From Eutreptiella sp. 'Long Island Sound 2002' (taxonomy: Eukaryota > Protista > Euglenida), in assembly GCA_964036045.1 (NCBI GenBank), contig OZ038378.1, positions 185,070,001 through 185,134,000 on the forward strand: a stretch of DNA of 64,000 bases. The letters are read 5' to 3'. The notes below the pieces were generated by a model, which saw only the letters and a program-made list of their open reading frames with translations, searched no databases and had not been told where the DNA came from. This document shows positions 61,494 to 64,000 of the stretch, piece after piece (position 1 is the first letter of the stretch; each line of letters opens with the position of its first letter). Made by a program: the position numbers and the translations under genes.

Positions 61494-64000
61494 TTAAGAA
61501 CCTTTGCTATGATGATTGAATGTCAATTCATAGTTTTGCAGAAAATGGATTAGACTCGGCCTTGAGGCATCTTCGCTAATGACATGCGGGTCCCCATGCG
61601 GCGCCCCGTCGTAGTGCAGCGTGAGGCGTGGCGACCGAACTGGCCGGCTTGCAGGGGCCCATCCTTCTGCCGTGCCTTGCGCGCCACCTCACACATTTTA
61701 CTTTTCGGTTTCTTGTTGGTTGCGCTCGGCACTGCGCCTCCAGCGCCGCGGCGTCACCTGCGACCCCATTCGCCTGCGCGTCGTCGTCCCGTGGCCGCCT
61801 TGTGCCGTGGCTCCCGTGAACCATCCGAATCATCAAATTATCAATTAATTTCAGCTTGCCCAATTTGCTCATAAGGTGCAAAACGATGAAAAGCAAAAGC
61901 AGGTTAGCCTATAGACAAGTAAACAATACTCTTCCTTGCCCCCGGCGGAAAGCATGATATGGTGGATGGGGGCAGCTGCCAAGGCAAGTAGGGCCGTGGT
62001 GATCCCAGCGCTTGCCAATGGGGGCAGCTGCCAAGGCAAGTAGGGCCATGGTGATCCCAGCGCTTGCCACAACGGGGGCAAAATGCCTTGGGGTTACAAC
62101 GGGGGCAGAATGCCTTGGGGTTACATGTGCGGCATCTGTCTTGGCGTGTAGTGCCGTCGCCGCACGTACACAATTTGTGACCCCGTGATCCCGACTGTCG
62201 CTGACGGGGGTACAGAACTGCTTCGTCAATGGCGGTTGCAGCGGAATCCTGTGCCCGGGCCCCTGCCACTGCCGCTGCCTTTGCTCCTCCGCCAGCCCGT
62301 TGTGGTCGTGGTGGTAATGGAGGGCAATGGTGGGCAAAGCGGCACTCGGCTGCTGCTGCTGTTGCTGCTTTTCGCCTCAGGCTCGACCTACAAGTGAGTG
62401 GTGTCCTGTTTGCAGGTACTTGGGGCAGTTTGTCTGCTCTCTAGCAGAATCGCTTTTGTCCTTACGCAGCTCACTAGCGCACTTCGCATCCTATGGTTCT
62501 GATGTCAGAACAACGTTGCTCTCAGTCATGAATTCTGTTCTCTAAAACACCATACGCACGGAAACCTTCTAGAGCACCTCGCCGGGCCGCCGTATTTCGT
62601 TGTGGTTCATACATTGCTGCCCATACGCCGCACGTTGCTCCTGTCTTGGTGAAAGCAAATTTTCTAAATTGTAATAAGACCGGTCATCTACTCGTCAACT
62701 TTTGCTTGTTCTTTAAATCTGGCGGTCTCATCCTTCAATTGTTTGATTAATATATGTTTCGGCAAACGCACAACGAGCAATGCACAGAGAAATTTAGATC
62801 CATTCAGCACTTTTCGCGGTTCACAAAACACATCGTCTTATCCCTAAACAAAAGCACAACGAAAAATCCACGCATAAAAAGAAAGTACCTTTTTGCTCTA
62901 CATTTTTTCTTCTCGGCTTCGCCGTCAGCCCTATGCTAGCATAATTGCATCTGTAAACCTGCAGCACCTGACTTCTGGCTGCTACTCTGCATTGGGTGCC
63001 CAACAAGACAACCAGCCAACCCAATCCCCAACCCTACGCCTTAGACCAATCGCTGGCAGGCCCCAGACGGCCGTCCCCGCCTGCTCAATGCCCCCAGTAG
63101 AGCCAAGGCCTCCGCAGCGTGCCACGACCGCCTAGGCAGGGTTCCCCAATAGCAGTGCTATCCCCAACCTGTGGCTCTGTAGGCACTGCGGCAGCCGCGG
63201 TACCAAGCCTGTGCCCATTGCAGACAAAATCCTATGTACCTACTGATGAAACTAAGACTGATCGACATGGCTAAAGGGGTCCCGGAGCTGCGTCATAGCA
63301 ACCCTTCACTGCCAATTTGTTTCTCCCAATTTCCACCCTATGGGAGGAAGGCCACACAAAAGATACACACCCCCAAATACAAAAAAACACCGCAACACAA
63401 AAAACACACGCAACTCCCTAGGGGCTGTAGCTAACGAACGCAGGCGGCTGGTGGCCGAGCCCAAAAGATCAATAGCCAGACAAATCAAAATCTTGGAACC
63501 TCATTTCTACTGCGCTCATTGTTCATTCGTTACGCCGATGCTTTGAAGTAATGCAAAGGAAAGAGACATGCTACAAAGGAAGAGACCTACGATGTTCCAT
63601 ACCATGCTATGCAACGGTGTTGCCTCATCAACGGGACATGACATATTTTGCATTTTCTTCATCGGCTATTTGCAATGCATTGTACTCCGAGCTATCCCCA
63701 TGTTATGGGGCAAGGTGTTCCCATAACCTCGCGTTGGGTGATGGGACCCCCCATAAGGCATTGGTTGAGTAGCCACGTTTCACATATTTGGGTCCCCTAA
63801 GCGGCACCACTTCCAAATGTCTTGTAGACCAAGTGTAGCCTCCAGCACAACACCCAGCATCAAATATCTCACATGCGAGCCTTGTACAAAGCATGAATTT
63901 CAAATGGCTTCGGACCTTGGCGGTCGAGAAAATACCACGCCTTGCCATCCACCCGTGGGACCGCTTATAGTATCCCTTGCTGCATAAACCAGTCGGGATA

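Larger units (their letters stand above)
50400..64000 (-). repeat. Tandem macro-array derived from gag-like retrotransposon sequence; two ~1.9-kb units then three ~3.2-kb units, continuing past window end
   Basis: Marker agtcgggatagccattt recurs at ~52011, 53885/54080, 57310, 60544 and 63998. Long units carry an extra ~1.36 kb (e.g. 55256-56614) with a degenerate CX2CX4HX4C knuckle. Confidence 0.93.

Noticed and set aside
50400-64000. Array as 5S rRNA/SL-RNA gene cluster or CRISPR-like array
   Set aside because: No 5S or SL sequence recognised; units are kilobases long with no repeat-spacer pattern.

Overview
Repeat-rich eukaryotic genomic DNA with long GT-AG introns. It is probably from a photosynthetic euglenid; this is an inference from a bipartite plastid-type presequence, an acceptor just upstream of an intronless gene, and a degenerate class III cyclase family. 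Host genes I can support: (1) the C-terminal part of an ABCB-type transporter NBD (exons 21-369, 1662-~1931), whose last exon can splice in phase into two downstream exons encoding a globin domain (3471-3778, 5588-5959); (2) an intronless, proteobacterial-type cysteine synthase CysK with a putative mitochondrial presequence (12778-13887); (3) a three-exon METTL7-like SAM methyltransferase on the minus strand with signal, transit and twin-Arg-like peptides (25356-23027); (4) a degenerate adenylate-cyclase-like gene on the plus strand. In gene (4), the exon carrying the (G)DR..FN motif lies inverted on the minus strand (34055-34180) between 64-bp inverted repeats, and the next intron holds a ~1.06-kb foldback element. 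The rest is decayed mobile DNA: dispersed repeat families (one ending in a hairpin plus G-run), tRNA-like SINE heads, an AT-rich relic region, and a degenerate Ty3/gypsy element (LTR ~47938-48186). That element's gag-like region has been amplified into a 1.9/3.2-kb tandem array running from ~50.4 kb to the window end. No rRNA, intact tRNA or CRISPR array was recognised.
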